From: a virus
Virus record (IMG/VR): IMGVR_UViG_3300049049_000237
Coordinates: 112,003 to 176,002 of that record
Direction: 5' to 3' (one strand)
DNA: 64,000 bases
The notes beneath the pieces were generated by a model. The model saw nothing but the letters and a program-made list of their open reading frames with translations, made no database searches and had not been told where the DNA came from. Both the position numbers and the translations under genes were made by a program. Positions 45,701-55,191 of this stretch are shown here, in pieces. Every line of letters begins with the position of its first letter. The first letter of the stretch is position 1.

Positions 45701-46791
45701 TCCGTGTCCGAGATGACCTCGGTCACCTGCACGTCCTTGAAGACCGGAGGCGAGCCGTACACGAGCGTGACGTAGTAGCCGTCGGGCTCCGACCCCGCCG
45801 AACCGATGCGGCTCACGAAGTGGCCGTCGGTCGCGCTGATGCGGCGCGTGGTCGTGTTGCCGTCCCCGTCGTCGATCGCGGTGCCCGAGCCGTACGCGGA
45901 CCCGAAGGAGTCGTCCGGGCGGATCTCGCCCAGGCTCCCGCCCTTCACGATGTCGCGCTCCATCTCGGGATCCTTCATCCCGATGACCTGGATGCTTCGG
46001 ATCGCGGGGAAGTTGTTCTTGAGCTCCGAGAGGATACCGCGCTGCACGGTGAGCGTGCGATCGCTCAGCGTGGTCTCGACGCGGCCCACGAAGTCGATGC
46101 TGGTCTCTCGCGGCAGGCCGCCCTGGAAGCGGTTGACGTTCCGGATGCGCGCGGCCGACGGGAGGTTCGCGATCGAGGTGATCTCGTTGCGGTCGATGTT
46201 GTACTCGTCGCCTCGCTTCTCAGCGCGGTACGTGATGTCGACGTAGTACTCGTTGCCGTCCCGGTTGAGCGCCATCTGGCTCGACGTGATCGTCTGCGTC
46301 GGGCTCGGCACGAAGCGAAGTCCGCTCCGCGTGGTGGCCACCTGGATGAGCGAGAAGGTCACCGTCTGGGGCGCGAGGAACCAGATGCGGATCGTTCCGC
46401 GCGAGTACCCACCTGCCTGGCGGGACTCGAAGAAGTTCCCCATCAGCGAGTCGATCTCGTCGTCCGACAAGCTCTCGACGTTCGCCACGCCGCCCTGGCG
46501 CAGCTTCGCGAGCTTGATCTCTCGGACGAGAGGCTCCATCAGCACCTGCATCGGGCTGATGAGGGTGTCTTCGAGGGCCTGGGTGTCTTCGATCGCCAGG
46601 TCCGGGAACATCTGTGCGACGCGCGACTGCACGAAGGTCGCGATGTCCGTGTCGAAGGGGTCGATGCCGATACGCGTGATGATCGGCTCGATGATCTCGA
46701 CTTGCGCGCGGCCGCCCTCCGACAAGTCGATGTCGGGCTGGAACCGAAGCAGCAGGTCCTGGAGGAAGGTACGAAGGTCGCTCTGGGCCAT
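42787..46791 (-). CDS. Baseplate J-like protein (1334 aa)
   Basis: R..G..SRGTI, AEKRGDEYNI....I and N...F.GG...E gpJ-like segments. Confidence 0.75.
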   Translation of the reverse strand: MAQSDLRTFLQDLLLRFQPDIDLSEGGRAQVEIIEPIITRIGIDPFDTDIATFVQSRVAQMFPDLAIEDTQALEDTLISPMQVLMEPLVREIKLAKLRQGGVANVESLSDDEIDSLMGNFFESRQAGGYSRGTIRIWFLAPQTVTFSLIQVATTRSGLRFVPSPTQTITSSQMALNRDGNEYYVDITYRAEKRGDEYNIDRNEITSIANLPSAARIRNVNRFQGGLPRETSIDFVGRVETTLSDRTLTVQRGILSELKNNFPAIRSIQVIGMKDPEMERDIVKGGSLGEIRPDDSFGSAYGSGTAIDDGDGNTTTRRISATDGHFVSRIGSAGSEPDGYYVTLVYGSPPVFKDVQVTEVISDTDILVDIELPSFPLSVSWALRKKELTISDIPGGITLPDTPDGELVITSDEVHIGGKTDVYLAGETSEETVAIEGLSDEEPLAMGFDAETVASPGVDADWIVINDPTGGAAALLASIEGQNYSIVLSEGVDIGSYAIRDARVDGTTVEVRVPVEMTGTQGGISWKIVNEISVELTEPKDIKVDGEDMVLVAGNNSVTTLSSTNFIDANVQQNDTLRLEGDFVGGDYNIDAVGPVQLTISPTPERTVSNVRYTIFRAGEAVQTPVVRVKELQLLDSGGAPNGVVIPYRDPVVVMTRGFQNEGSGLTYEGFPDRIGLVTGALGATVAFGAGQTLIFNFRNATRPYAGQTATHTLNLVGSLTPAQIVSAINADVTLAGRSVFASLISYNGQSFVGIYCPEWVQMDLAGTANVSLGFNTADRPSTNIEIVISAHNPREGDLIEFVDGNNRGTTRVLFRNSGTATSFLVGSGPVSDFTTPLYAVTPLLPEVGVRIRIGRPSVGSARVYFLDPTSAEFHYDATRLTTLVGTDLLEYRPDPENQRIVQPAPPLTELPKGGETSTGSVNNVFGDTEVNFQALGVRDGDILEVLYRPITSTAALSSPGTIAGIIGQTLILRLAENPWITVSFSVALTRDDIAEFINEQVGEEIATIDGSGYLVLEGDVQITIRDDSTILGGSDPLLLAGAPRSTAHPRAGRYIITDVEPNTLTLSPDTVFASTTAVADTAYRIVRHVQRISSTEMNDNQDGTGLYYVDVELLSLAPGDRNNAPANLSMEITGHVSDGYRLYTDNDTLSYSRAERLFAEISRTILLVGSSDSPEEYVQLSQQNVQVSYDRSQLVDDVQSFCDSDDHRVVVEEILARHLLPHYVNITWRYAGGETEVSMRTALTTYLDAIGSDEELEIVDMTKVMTSRGATSIYNIDSESPTGRSAPILVIIYHTIDRQMRALLVRDYAKTSRTQRFIADDLAIVRIAPGGIRA

Positions 46792-46794
46792 GAC

Positions 46795-47451
46795 TCACTG
46801 CCTCACGAGGGTAGCGGCCGCACTGGTTCCTGCGTGCGACTCGACGCCGACGGACATGAAGATCTGCCCCTCGCGGGGCGAAATGGACAGACCGAGCACC
46901 GATGCGGTCAGCAGGCGCTCTTCGGGAGGGATGCGGCGGTTGGGGGTCTGGATCGCGATGAGCTGCTGCCGCGTGCGGGCCACTGCCACCGAGAGCTCTG
47001 CGCCGACGCGATCGCGGGCGTTGGGCCCGATGAGCTGCCCGATCGCGCGCTGCAACCCGCCGCCGAGCGTCTTGTGGAACGCGTTCGATCCCGGCGTACG
47101 CAGGAGAATCCGCGCGAACGTCTGCACGAGCAGCAAGGTCCCGGACACCGTCTGGGGCCGCGTCCCGATCGACCACTCCACGAGCGAGCGCTCGCTGAAC
47201 GTGAGGGACGAGGACAGCACGTACGCCGACGTGATCGCCTCGCGCCGCTGATCGATCGGCACCTGCGCCAGGATCTGGGACTCCGACATCACCACGAACT
47301 CGGGCGATGGGGAGTTGTTCAAGTACACCGACTCGATGCTCTTGAAGCCGCGTCCCGACAGCATGACGCTGCGCGGCGACACGCCAGGCACGGAGGCGAT
47401 GCCTGTCACCGGCACGACGTCGCTCAGACGAACTACCTGGAAGTCGATCAC
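46795..47451 (-). CDS. Baseplate wedge protein (IPT/TIG-like + gp25-like)
   Basis: SGRGF..V..N....F...S...I...VP, then LVQ...ILLRTPGS..F....GG; immediately upstream of gpJ. Confidence 0.6.
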   Translation of the reverse strand: MIDFQVVRLSDVVPVTGIASVPGVSPRSVMLSGRGFKSIESVYLNNSPSPEFVVMSESQILAQVPIDQRREAITSAYVLSSSLTFSERSLVEWSIGTRPQTVSGTLLLVQTFARILLRTPGSNAFHKTLGGGLQRAIGQLIGPNARDRVGAELSVAVARTRQQLIAIQTPNRRIPPEERLLTASVLGLSISPREGQIFMSVGVESHAGTSAAATLVRQ

Positions 47452-47771
47452 GTCGAGCCCTCGGTGTCGGGGGTGTTGGCGTCGGTGTCCGGATCGGAAG
47501 CCCGGAACGCATCCGGAGGCGTGTTCTTCATCGCCTCGATCGCGTTGTCCATGTCGAGCTTGATCTTCTCCAGCCGGGCGAGATGGCCAGCTCGCGTGCC
47601 CGCCGGTGCCTCGATCCGCTCGATGCGCTGGTCGATCAGCTCTTCGAGCCCGATGCTCGTGAACGAGCTCGCGATCTCAGCGCTCCGGATGAAGCCGACA
47701 GCATTCGCCACCGTCTCCCGGAACTGCTGAAGGGTCTCACGCTGCTCTTCAGCAGCCGTGCGCTCGGTCAT
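47448..47771 (-). CDS. Hypothetical protein (107 aa)
   Basis: Leaderless-type start TGgTAGCCT-N6-ATG; GTGA coupling downstream. Confidence 0.7.
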   Translation of the reverse strand: MTERTAAEEQRETLQQFRETVANAVGFIRSAEIASSFTSIGLEELIDQRIERIEAPAGTRAGHLARLEKIKLDMDNAIEAMKNTPPDAFRASDPDTDANTPDTEGST

Positions 47772-47791
47772 GCGCGAAGGCTACCACGCCC

Positions 47792-50350
47792 TCAGCCCAG
47801 GAAGCGACGCGAGCGCAGGCGCACCTCCGGCGAGCCCAACAGCGACTTCGCGAAGCGGGACACGGGCGCGACCTGCCTCGTGACGTCCGCTGCCGTTCGG
47901 ATGAGGTTGGTCGAGTACGACACCCCGTCCGGATGCATGCTGAAGAACTCGCTCACGCGGAGCGTGGTGAGCAGGTCCGCTGCCCGGTCCATGCCCTGCT
48001 CCGTGAGCGTCCGCAGCACGTTGTCGACGGTGCGCTCGAACGGGACGACGTACTCTTCGATGTCTGCGAGGTCCTCCAGGCGCTCGTTGAATGCGTCGAG
48101 CGCCTGAAGCACAGAGGTGGTCGGAGCAGCGCCGGACACCAGCCTCGTGATCGCGAACTCCGCCGACTTGAAGTCCACGTCTTCAGTGAAGGTGCGGACG
48201 TTCTCCACGAGCGAGAGCCATGCGTCGTAGCGTCCGCTCTTGATGGTGTATGCCGTCGTGCCAGCGAAGTACGTGATGCCCGTCACGCTGATGCTGCCGA
48301 GACTCACCGACGTGATCTCGGTTTCGTCGCCGTCAGGCAGCACCAGCACGTCTCCGGCCTGTACGCCACGCGACAAGAAGTCGACGTTGGAGGTGGCCGC
48401 CAGCGACGTGAACTGGGCACGCGACTGGGTAGGCGACGTGGGCAGGCCCACGATCGTTGCGCCCGTCGAAGCAGGCCACACCGCGATGCCGTCTGCCGGA
48501 GTGGAGCCGGGAGCTGCCGCTACGAGGTAGGAGGTGAAGATGTTGGCGTTGACGGTGTCGAGCGTCGCGAAGAAGGTGCGGTCCAGCGTGAGCTGTCCGA
48601 TGCTCCCGGACACCACGCGGTAGGGACCCCCGTTGAGCGGCTGCTCGGCCGACGTGAGGAGCACGCGAGCTCCCGAAGGCACGCCCGTGAAGTCCGCTCC
48701 GATGCGGTAGCTGCTCAGACCGTCGACCGCGATCTTCGTCGCGTCGAGAGCGGTCTCCAACCGCAGCGTGCCTCCCGAGACCGACGAGATGCGGTGGTAC
48801 TCGGCGGGCGCCGACGTGATGGGGCTGGAGGCCAACTGCGGCACCACGTAGAGGTAGTCGCCAGCGACAACCCCGAGCGAGGTGAAGTTCGTGCCCGAAG
48901 CGGAGAACAACGTCCCGCTGCCGGAGAGGTCGGTGCCGTCCACCTTCGAGAGGTCCAACACCGCCGACGGGCGGGTGACCCCGCGGAAGACGCCGTACTC
49001 CGTGCGTACCTCCGAGAGCAGAACGCCCGGGTATGAGCCCCCGAGCTCCACGATCTGACGCGTGGTGATCGGCTGGCACACGGCGTAGGGGGTGATCCCC
49101 AGCAGAGCTGCCGCCGTCTTCTGCCCGTCCGTGGACGTGATCACCTCGATGCTGCTCACGTCTGCGGCCGAGTCCGACTGGATGCGGATCGCTCCGCTCA
49201 CGATCGATGCGGCCACAGGCACCGCGTTCATCGCGATGTACGACTGGATGTCGGAGAGCAGCGCCGCGAGAGAGACGTACGAGGAGCCCGACAAGAACGT
49301 CGAGTTCGGATAGAGCGTCCCGTCAACACGAAGACGGAACTCCGAGCCCACGGGAAAGAGAACCGGGAAAGTCCACGAGCTGCGCGTGGTGACGGCAGCG
49401 TTGCTCGTCGTTCCGAACGCGATCGTCGAAGTGACGACAGGGCTGCCGGTCTCGAACGAGATGTCGTCGCCCGACTCGATGTTGAATGGGCCGCTCACGC
49501 TGCCCATGAGCGAGGCGGGGCTGGTCCCACCCGTACCTTCGAGGAGCGGGGCGTCGCCCACGAGCGGGGCGAGGATCTCCTGCGGCACCCGGAACGACGA
49601 GACCCTGGTCAGCAGCGTGCGCATGACCAAGAGCTCCAGCATCGACTCTCGGTGGGTCGTGAGGGTCTTGTCCGCTTCGAGCTGAACGGTGAGCTCGTCC
49701 AGCCGAGAACGCATCCGCGTGACCACTCCCTGCACGGCCTTCTCGGGCAGGCGCACCGCAGCGAGATTCGAGATCGCGTTCTCGATCGCGTCGCACAGCG
49801 TGAGCATCTGGGCGTGCCGGGTTTGTACGTCCGCCCACAGCGTTCGGATGCGAGCTCGAACCTCGTCCGCGGTCTCGGTAACCTCGTTGCTCTCGACGAC
49901 GTTGTTGAAGAGCTCCTTGCGGATGAAGCGCTCGATCGATCGCCTGAAGCGCGAGACTTCGGGACCGAGCTCACGCGGGCCGGAGCCCACCACGCCCGAG
50001 TTCAGCGAGGTGTTGAGGTTGAGGAGCGCCGCCTGCGCGTTTGACAGATCGGCGGTCGTGCGCACCGGGCGGCCCCGACGCACCAGCGCTGCCTTCGTCG
50101 AGTCCTGAAGGATGTACGTCAGCGCCTCGATCTGCTTCCGACGCAACGCTTCGAGGCGGTTCTTCGCGAGCCAGATGACGTAGAAGTAGCTGTCCGGCTT
50201 GAGGAGCAGCGTGGTCGTCAGGAGCGAGTAGATGTCGTCGCGCGCTGCGAGGACATCGCGGGCACCCAGCGTTGTGCGGGGCGTCGAGATGCGTCCGAGC
50301 AGGAAGCGATCGATGACGGTCTGCTTCTCATCGGACGTGTACCCAGCCAT
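47792..50350 (-). CDS. Putative virion structural protein (852 aa)
   Basis: Helical termini around a beta-rich core; lies in the tail module. Confidence 0.65.
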   Translation of the reverse strand: MAGYTSDEKQTVIDRFLLGRISTPRTTLGARDVLAARDDIYSLLTTTLLLKPDSYFYVIWLAKNRLEALRRKQIEALTYILQDSTKAALVRRGRPVRTTADLSNAQAALLNLNTSLNSGVVGSGPRELGPEVSRFRRSIERFIRKELFNNVVESNEVTETADEVRARIRTLWADVQTRHAQMLTLCDAIENAISNLAAVRLPEKAVQGVVTRMRSRLDELTVQLEADKTLTTHRESMLELLVMRTLLTRVSSFRVPQEILAPLVGDAPLLEGTGGTSPASLMGSVSGPFNIESGDDISFETGSPVVTSTIAFGTTSNAAVTTRSSWTFPVLFPVGSEFRLRVDGTLYPNSTFLSGSSYVSLAALLSDIQSYIAMNAVPVAASIVSGAIRIQSDSAADVSSIEVITSTDGQKTAAALLGITPYAVCQPITTRQIVELGGSYPGVLLSEVRTEYGVFRGVTRPSAVLDLSKVDGTDLSGSGTLFSASGTNFTSLGVVAGDYLYVVPQLASSPITSAPAEYHRISSVSGGTLRLETALDATKIAVDGLSSYRIGADFTGVPSGARVLLTSAEQPLNGGPYRVVSGSIGQLTLDRTFFATLDTVNANIFTSYLVAAAPGSTPADGIAVWPASTGATIVGLPTSPTQSRAQFTSLAATSNVDFLSRGVQAGDVLVLPDGDETEITSVSLGSISVTGITYFAGTTAYTIKSGRYDAWLSLVENVRTFTEDVDFKSAEFAITRLVSGAAPTTSVLQALDAFNERLEDLADIEEYVVPFERTVDNVLRTLTEQGMDRAADLLTTLRVSEFFSMHPDGVSYSTNLIRTAADVTRQVAPVSRFAKSLLGSPEVRLRSRRFLG

Positions 50351-50351
50351 G

Positions 50352-50639
50352 TCACTCCCCGAGGCGTAGCGATGCCAAGCGGTCGACGTCGTCGACGGTG
50401 AGCTTCAGGATCGCCTCCCGCACCTTCTTGTAGTTGAGCCCGAGCTCCGAACAGATAGCACGGAAGGTCATCGGCTCCTGACCATCCCAGAAGAGCCATC
50501 CGGCCGCATCCTCGGCGAGGAACTTCCGCTCCGTGTCCTCCGCGTTGCGGTAGTACACGAAGTCCATGACGGTCCTCCGAAGGATGTGAGAAAGCAGGCG
50601 CTGCTCGGGGGTGTATCCCCGAGGCGCCTCTTCTTCCAT
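50352..50639 (-). CDS. Small hypothetical protein (95 aa)
   Basis: Start reassigned to MEEEAPRG; A..W....F..IC..LG pattern. Confidence 0.6.
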   Translation of the reverse strand: MEEEAPRGYTPEQRLLSHILRRTVMDFVYYRNAEDTERKFLAEDAAGWLFWDGQEPMTFRAICSELGLNYKKVREAILKLTVDDVDRLASLRLGE

Positions 50640-50646
50640 CTCGACG

Positions 50647-51558
50647 TCAGGGGTCCGTCGTGATTTCGGATTCATCGCCGATGACTGCCTCATCAGGGTC
50701 GTACGAGATGCTCGTGATGAGGCGGGTGATGCGGAGCGCCGCCGTACCGGCAGCCGAGCGTCGTAGAACAAGTCGATCATCGAGCACCTGGAGGGACACT
50801 CCGTCACCTTCGACGGAGAACTCGACATCTTCCTGTGCAGTCCCGTCGATGACGTAGCCCGAGGAGAGCTCGACCTGAACGTCGACTTCGAGCTCGTCAT
50901 CGACCGCGATCGCCCACGGAGGGGCAGGGTCGAAGATCACCCGGTGCGGGCGCGGGAAGAGTACGTGGTTGATGTTCGCAGCAGGAAGATCGGGCACGAA
51001 GATGTTGCGCCCGGCGTTCTCGTGGCTCTCGATGACGGCGCGGTAGCAGCCGTTCCTCCAGAGGTCCACCTCGATATACCCGTTGCGGTCCGTACGCACC
51101 GCGACCTTCTCGCCGAGGATGAGTTCGTCCCCGACGACCAACGGGTGGTAGCGGTAGATGAAGTGGATGTCGCGCCCAGGCCTGTAGCGTCCCGCTGGGT
51201 CCCGGATGTACCCGCTCAAGCGGCAGAGCTTCGGGTCCATCGACTGGGGATGCGTGAACACGTTCGCGTCGTTGAGGATGAACGTGTTGGTGCCCGTGGG
51301 CGACTCGGAGATCGTCCCGTAGACGTCGATGTACTTCGGGTTCGGGATCGCGACCCCGGCCTTGTACGTGCGGAGCTGGTATCGTGTTGGAGGAGACTCC
51401 CCGTCCAACATGAACTGCACCAACCCGTCCGCGTCGGTGGTACCTTCGGTGACGACGGCCGCGCCGAGCGAGTCATACACCCTGACGAGGACGCCAGAGA
51501 CCGGGTCTGCCGGGACTCCTTGGGCGACGATCGTGATGTCGACTTCGACGACGGGCAT
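50647..51558 (-). CDS. Structural protein with prealbumin-like/Ig folds
   Basis: PVSGVLVRVYD...TTDADG and RTDRNG repeats. Confidence 0.65.
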   Translation of the reverse strand: MPVVEVDITIVAQGVPADPVSGVLVRVYDSLGAAVVTEGTTDADGLVQFMLDGESPPTRYQLRTYKAGVAIPNPKYIDVYGTISESPTGTNTFILNDANVFTHPQSMDPKLCRLSGYIRDPAGRYRPGRDIHFIYRYHPLVVGDELILGEKVAVRTDRNGYIEVDLWRNGCYRAVIESHENAGRNIFVPDLPAANINHVLFPRPHRVIFDPAPPWAIAVDDELEVDVQVELSSGYVIDGTAQEDVEFSVEGDGVSLQVLDDRLVLRRSAAGTAALRITRLITSISYDPDEAVIGDESEITTDP

Positions 51559-51575
51559 GGGCTGAAGGCTACCAC

Positions 51576-51845
51576 ATGAACAGCAAAGACAAGAGCAACG
51601 CGATCAACACCACCACCTTCTCGCGGCTGCACGAAGAGCAGGTGCTGCTCGACGCGGCCACGAAGGGCTCGAAGATCCGGCTCACCTATCCGATGGCGAA
51701 GCGTGGACAGAAGACCGTCTACACGACGCTCGAAGATGGAGCCGAGCTGCCGCACTACGTCGGCAAGCAGCCCACGGATGGCGAAGGCTGCACGTGCCTG
51801 ATGTGCGTGTTCAAGCACGGCCGCTTCGGGCGCGGCCGCAACTAA
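51576..51845 (+). CDS. Hypothetical protein (89 aa)
   Basis: Fills the gap; C-terminal CTCLMC. Confidence 0.6.
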   Translation: MNSKDKSNAINTTTFSRLHEEQVLLDAATKGSKIRLTYPMAKRGQKTVYTTLEDGAELPHYVGKQPTDGEGCTCLMCVFKHGRFGRGRN

Positions 51846-51878
51846 CAGCGAAGTATCAATCGCTCTCAGATTGAGAGT

Positions 51879-53384
51879 TCACGCCACCTGAGCCAGGCGG
51901 GCTGCGTGTCGAGCAACGAGCTCCACGAGGCCCGCCTTCTTCGTTTGCCCCTGCGCGTGCTGACGAAGCAGATCGCGAACCTGGCTGTTCAGCGTGTCCT
52001 TGTCCTTCGACATCTGGGTCAGGTACTCGTCGATCGCGCCCGGCCTCTTCGCGCCGAAGAACTTCTTGATGCGGTTGGGCTCCGGGTGCACCGACTGGTA
52101 GTGCTCGACGGCGACGCGGCGCTGGTCCTCGGGGAGATGCTCGTGGCTCTTGTAGCGGATGCCGCGAGCGATCACCTGCTCCAGCTTCTCCTTGTTCCAG
52201 TGCGGTTCGAGCACCTGGATCTGCCGGGTCCCCTTGAGGTCGAGGCCCTCGCCGCCGGCCGACGACAGGAGCAGCGCCTTGAGCTTGCCCTCGTTGTAGT
52301 CGGCGACCATGCGATCGCGCTCGCTCTTCGGCATCTCGCCGGTGAACTTCCCGTACGCGACGTTGTGCTGCTTCAGGAGCGACTCGTACGGATGAATACC
52401 AGCGTCCAGGAAGTTCGAGTAGACGAGCGCGCGATGTTGCGGATTCGACTCCAAGTTCGTCGAGAGGCGCTTGTATGCCTCCTGGATCTTCGGGCTGAGC
52501 GCAACAGCATCATCAGGCGTCATCCCTTCCTGGAAGCCGCCAGGGCTGTTCGAGATCTGACGAACCGCGCTCGCGAACGCGTTCAGGTCCTTCGACTCCT
52601 GCTTGTTCGGCGGAAGCCCCTTGCGGACCTTGTACCGCACCCACGCGGGAGCCTTGCCCATCACCGACTCGTACATCTCGCGCTGCTTCGGGTGCATCGC
52701 GACCTGGACGGTCTGATCTTCGCGCTGCGGGAAGCCCTCGGTGCTGTTCTCGTGGAAGTCCACCCAGCGACCGAGATGCTTGCCGAGCTCCTCCTGGTTC
52801 TGGAGCTCGGTGACCGCTCCGGGCTTCACGCCGCGGAACGTGCGTGCGAACCAGCCTGGGTCGACCTTGCGCTCCCGGATGTACTTCTTGTCGAACTCCT
52901 GCTGAACCGCCGGGAACACGTTCTGCCCCGAGGCGAGGTTCACGAGCGACGCGAGGTCGTACGGCCGGTTGTACGTCGGCGTGCCCGTCAGCAGCATCCG
53001 CTTCTTCGTGTCCGCCAGCCGGATCGCCTTCCGGCCCTCGGACTGCGGATCGCGAAGACGATGCGCCTCGTCGACGGTGAGTAGGTCCGACTGCGGGACC
53101 TTCTGCTTCAGCGCCACACGCTGGAGGCTGTCGATCTTGTACGAAGCCTCCGGCGTCCCTTCGATGTGCTTGCCCAGCTCCTTCTTGAAGTTCGACTGGA
53201 GCGCCGCCGGCACCACGACCGTGTTCTTCGCCTTCTGGTCTTCCGCGGTTGCGATCGCGGTGAGCGTCTTGCCCGAGCCCATGCCGTGCGCGACCACGAG
53301 GCCGGGCTGCGTGCGCATGCGCTCGACCACCCGCTGCTGATGCGGCTTGAGGTCGGTGATGATGTCGGCGAGCTTGCGCATCAC
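51879..53384 (-). CDS. SNF2-family helicase/ATPase
   Basis: HGMGSGKT, DEAH, LTGTP, GEGLDL, WN and Q..ARGIR motifs. Confidence 0.9.
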   Translation of the reverse strand: MMRKLADIITDLKPHQQRVVERMRTQPGLVVAHGMGSGKTLTAIATAEDQKAKNTVVVPAALQSNFKKELGKHIEGTPEASYKIDSLQRVALKQKVPQSDLLTVDEAHRLRDPQSEGRKAIRLADTKKRMLLTGTPTYNRPYDLASLVNLASGQNVFPAVQQEFDKKYIRERKVDPGWFARTFRGVKPGAVTELQNQEELGKHLGRWVDFHENSTEGFPQREDQTVQVAMHPKQREMYESVMGKAPAWVRYKVRKGLPPNKQESKDLNAFASAVRQISNSPGGFQEGMTPDDAVALSPKIQEAYKRLSTNLESNPQHRALVYSNFLDAGIHPYESLLKQHNVAYGKFTGEMPKSERDRMVADYNEGKLKALLLSSAGGEGLDLKGTRQIQVLEPHWNKEKLEQVIARGIRYKSHEHLPEDQRRVAVEHYQSVHPEPNRIKKFFGAKRPGAIDEYLTQMSKDKDTLNSQVRDLLRQHAQGQTKKAGLVELVARHAARLAQVA

Positions 53385-54337
53385 GACGTCCTGATCGCGA
53401 AGTCGATGTTGGGCTCCTGGATGCCGAACTCATCCTCGGTGACGAGATCCGGATCGAGGAGGTCGACGATGTCGATGTCCGCGTCGGTCGGCAGCGTGAT
53501 GCGGCGCGTGAAGCCCGTACCCTCGACGTGCAGGTCGAAGGTCGAACCACGAAGAAGCCTGATCTCGGCGACGCCGTCTTCGTCGGTCCGCGCCTCTTCG
53601 TAGTGGCGGAACACGCCGTAGCCGACCACGCGGTTCGGCAGGAACGTGTTCGCGATGATGATCTTGCGCCCGTCGATGGGGCGGCCGCGCATGTCGACCA
53701 GCTTCACGTAGCAGGCGATGGTCGCGCTGTAAGGGAGCGCGGGCACCGCCGAAGCCGGAAGCGGAACGCTGAGCTCGCTCTCATCCGGCGAGAGGCTGTT
53801 GACGTACTGGGTCTTGTACCAGAAGTCCTTCGACGAGTTCTCGTCGGTGTACTGGTAGTCGTGCGTGTCCCCGTTCATCACGAGGTCGGCGTCGAGGCCC
53901 AGCGCTGCGGTCCCGGTGACGAAGCCGAGCGCCACTGCACCGTCGGACTCCAGAATCTCGATCGACGATCCCGAGCCCGTCGAGGCTGCCGTGAGCACGA
54001 GGAAGCCGTCGTCGTCGCTCCCCACCACGAGAGCCGTCTCCGCCGCGATCGCCGCGATCACGTCCGCGGTGGTGGTCGGATCCGGCCCCGCGAAGGCGAC
54101 GTCGATCGTGACGCCGTCGACCTTGAGCGACAGCGTCTTGCCATCGAGCGCGTGTGGCTCGGCCGACCCGCTGCGCAGTTGCGCGGACGTGGCTGCCGGA
54201 CCGGTCGCAGCTTCGTACACGCCGTTCGCACCGGTCCGCGAGCGGAACCAGCGGATGCGGTTGAAGCGGGCGAACACGGTGTCGAGGTCGATGACGACCT
54301 TCGCGATGGAGAGCGGCTTGTTGGTGATGACGGGCAT
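53381..54337 (-). CDS. Putative virion structural protein (318 aa)
   Basis: Start reassigned to MPVITNK (TGATG overlap); beta-rich, with an RTDEDG motif like 50647-51558. Confidence 0.65.
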   Translation of the reverse strand: MPVITNKPLSIAKVVIDLDTVFARFNRIRWFRSRTGANGVYEAATGPAATSAQLRSGSAEPHALDGKTLSLKVDGVTIDVAFAGPDPTTTADVIAAIAAETALVVGSDDDGFLVLTAASTGSGSSIEILESDGAVALGFVTGTAALGLDADLVMNGDTHDYQYTDENSSKDFWYKTQYVNSLSPDESELSVPLPASAVPALPYSATIACYVKLVDMRGRPIDGRKIIIANTFLPNRVVGYGVFRHYEEARTDEDGVAEIRLLRGSTFDLHVEGTGFTRRITLPTDADIDIVDLLDPDLVTEDEFGIQEPNIDFAIRTS

Positions 54338-55191
54338 CAGACACCTCCGCCAGCGAACCAGTTGCTCACGGCGTTCCAGGCGATCGTCTGTAGGACTTCG
54401 AGAGCGAGGGGGTTCGGCGGATCGAACGCACCAGCGAAGCGATCCGTCGTGGAGCCCGTCGCACCGACCGGAGAACGACGGTAGATCGAAGCGTACTGCA
54501 CGCACGCCATGAAGTAGTTCCCGGCGTCCGTGAGGTGGATGTCGTCGACGAAGAAGTCGCCGATCTCCGTGTACCCGGGCACCCCGCCGACATCGAGGAC
54601 GTCGTAGAGCAGCGCCATCGCCTGCCCTCCGGGGATGATCAGCATGGGCGGAGCGGAGGGACGCGCAGCGTTGATGTCCTGCGCGATGGTCTGCCATCCC
54701 GTCAGATCGGTGTCGATCTGAGTGCGCCAGAGCGCATCGCTGCCTGCCGTCGTGCGCGAGCCCCAGTGCTCGTAGAGGTAGACCTGGCAGGTGGGGTTCT
54801 CGCCGACGAGCAGGTCGAAGAAGTTCCCGCCGTACAGGGCGGGATCGTTCGCCGCGATCTGGTCTGCGAGAGGCTGAGCCTCCGTGATGACGCCGACGTC
54901 GTACGCGGTGGCCGCGAGGTGCGTCAGGGTGTTGATGTCCTCGTCCGGCCACGACTGCCCGAGCGTCGGGTTCTCGTACTGGAAGCGCAGACCCGCACCG
55001 ATGCCGATCTTCGCGAACCACGTGTTCGTGTCGCCCAGATCGGTGGCGATGTCTTCGACCATCGCGGGGATGTCGAAGTTCTGGAGCGAGTGGCCGAGGT
55101 AGAACACGTTGAGCGTCTGGGGCCCGACCACCGGCGTGCCGGACCCTCGACGACGACGCGCTCCCGCGGCACCTCCGATCGCGCCGATCAC
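54337..55191 (-). CDS. SGNH/GDSL-like hydrolase, probably virion-associated
   Basis: Block I FYLGHSL and block V DDIH; GTGA-coupled to the fibre gene. Confidence 0.7.
   Translation of the reverse strand: MIGAIGGAAGARRRRGSGTPVVGPQTLNVFYLGHSLQNFDIPAMVEDIATDLGDTNTWFAKIGIGAGLRFQYENPTLGQSWPDEDINTLTHLAATAYDVGVITEAQPLADQIAANDPALYGGNFFDLLVGENPTCQVYLYEHWGSRTTAGSDALWRTQIDTDLTGWQTIAQDINAARPSAPPMLIIPGGQAMALLYDVLDVGGVPGYTEIGDFFVDDIHLTDAGNYFMACVQYASIYRRSPVGATGSTTDRFAGAFDPPNPLALEVLQTIAWNAVSNWFAGGGV

Noticed and set aside
51846-51878. AT-rich gap with short hairpin CTCTCA-GAT-TGAGAG between convergent genes
   Set aside because: Weak stem and no U-tract; too little to call a terminator or ncRNA.
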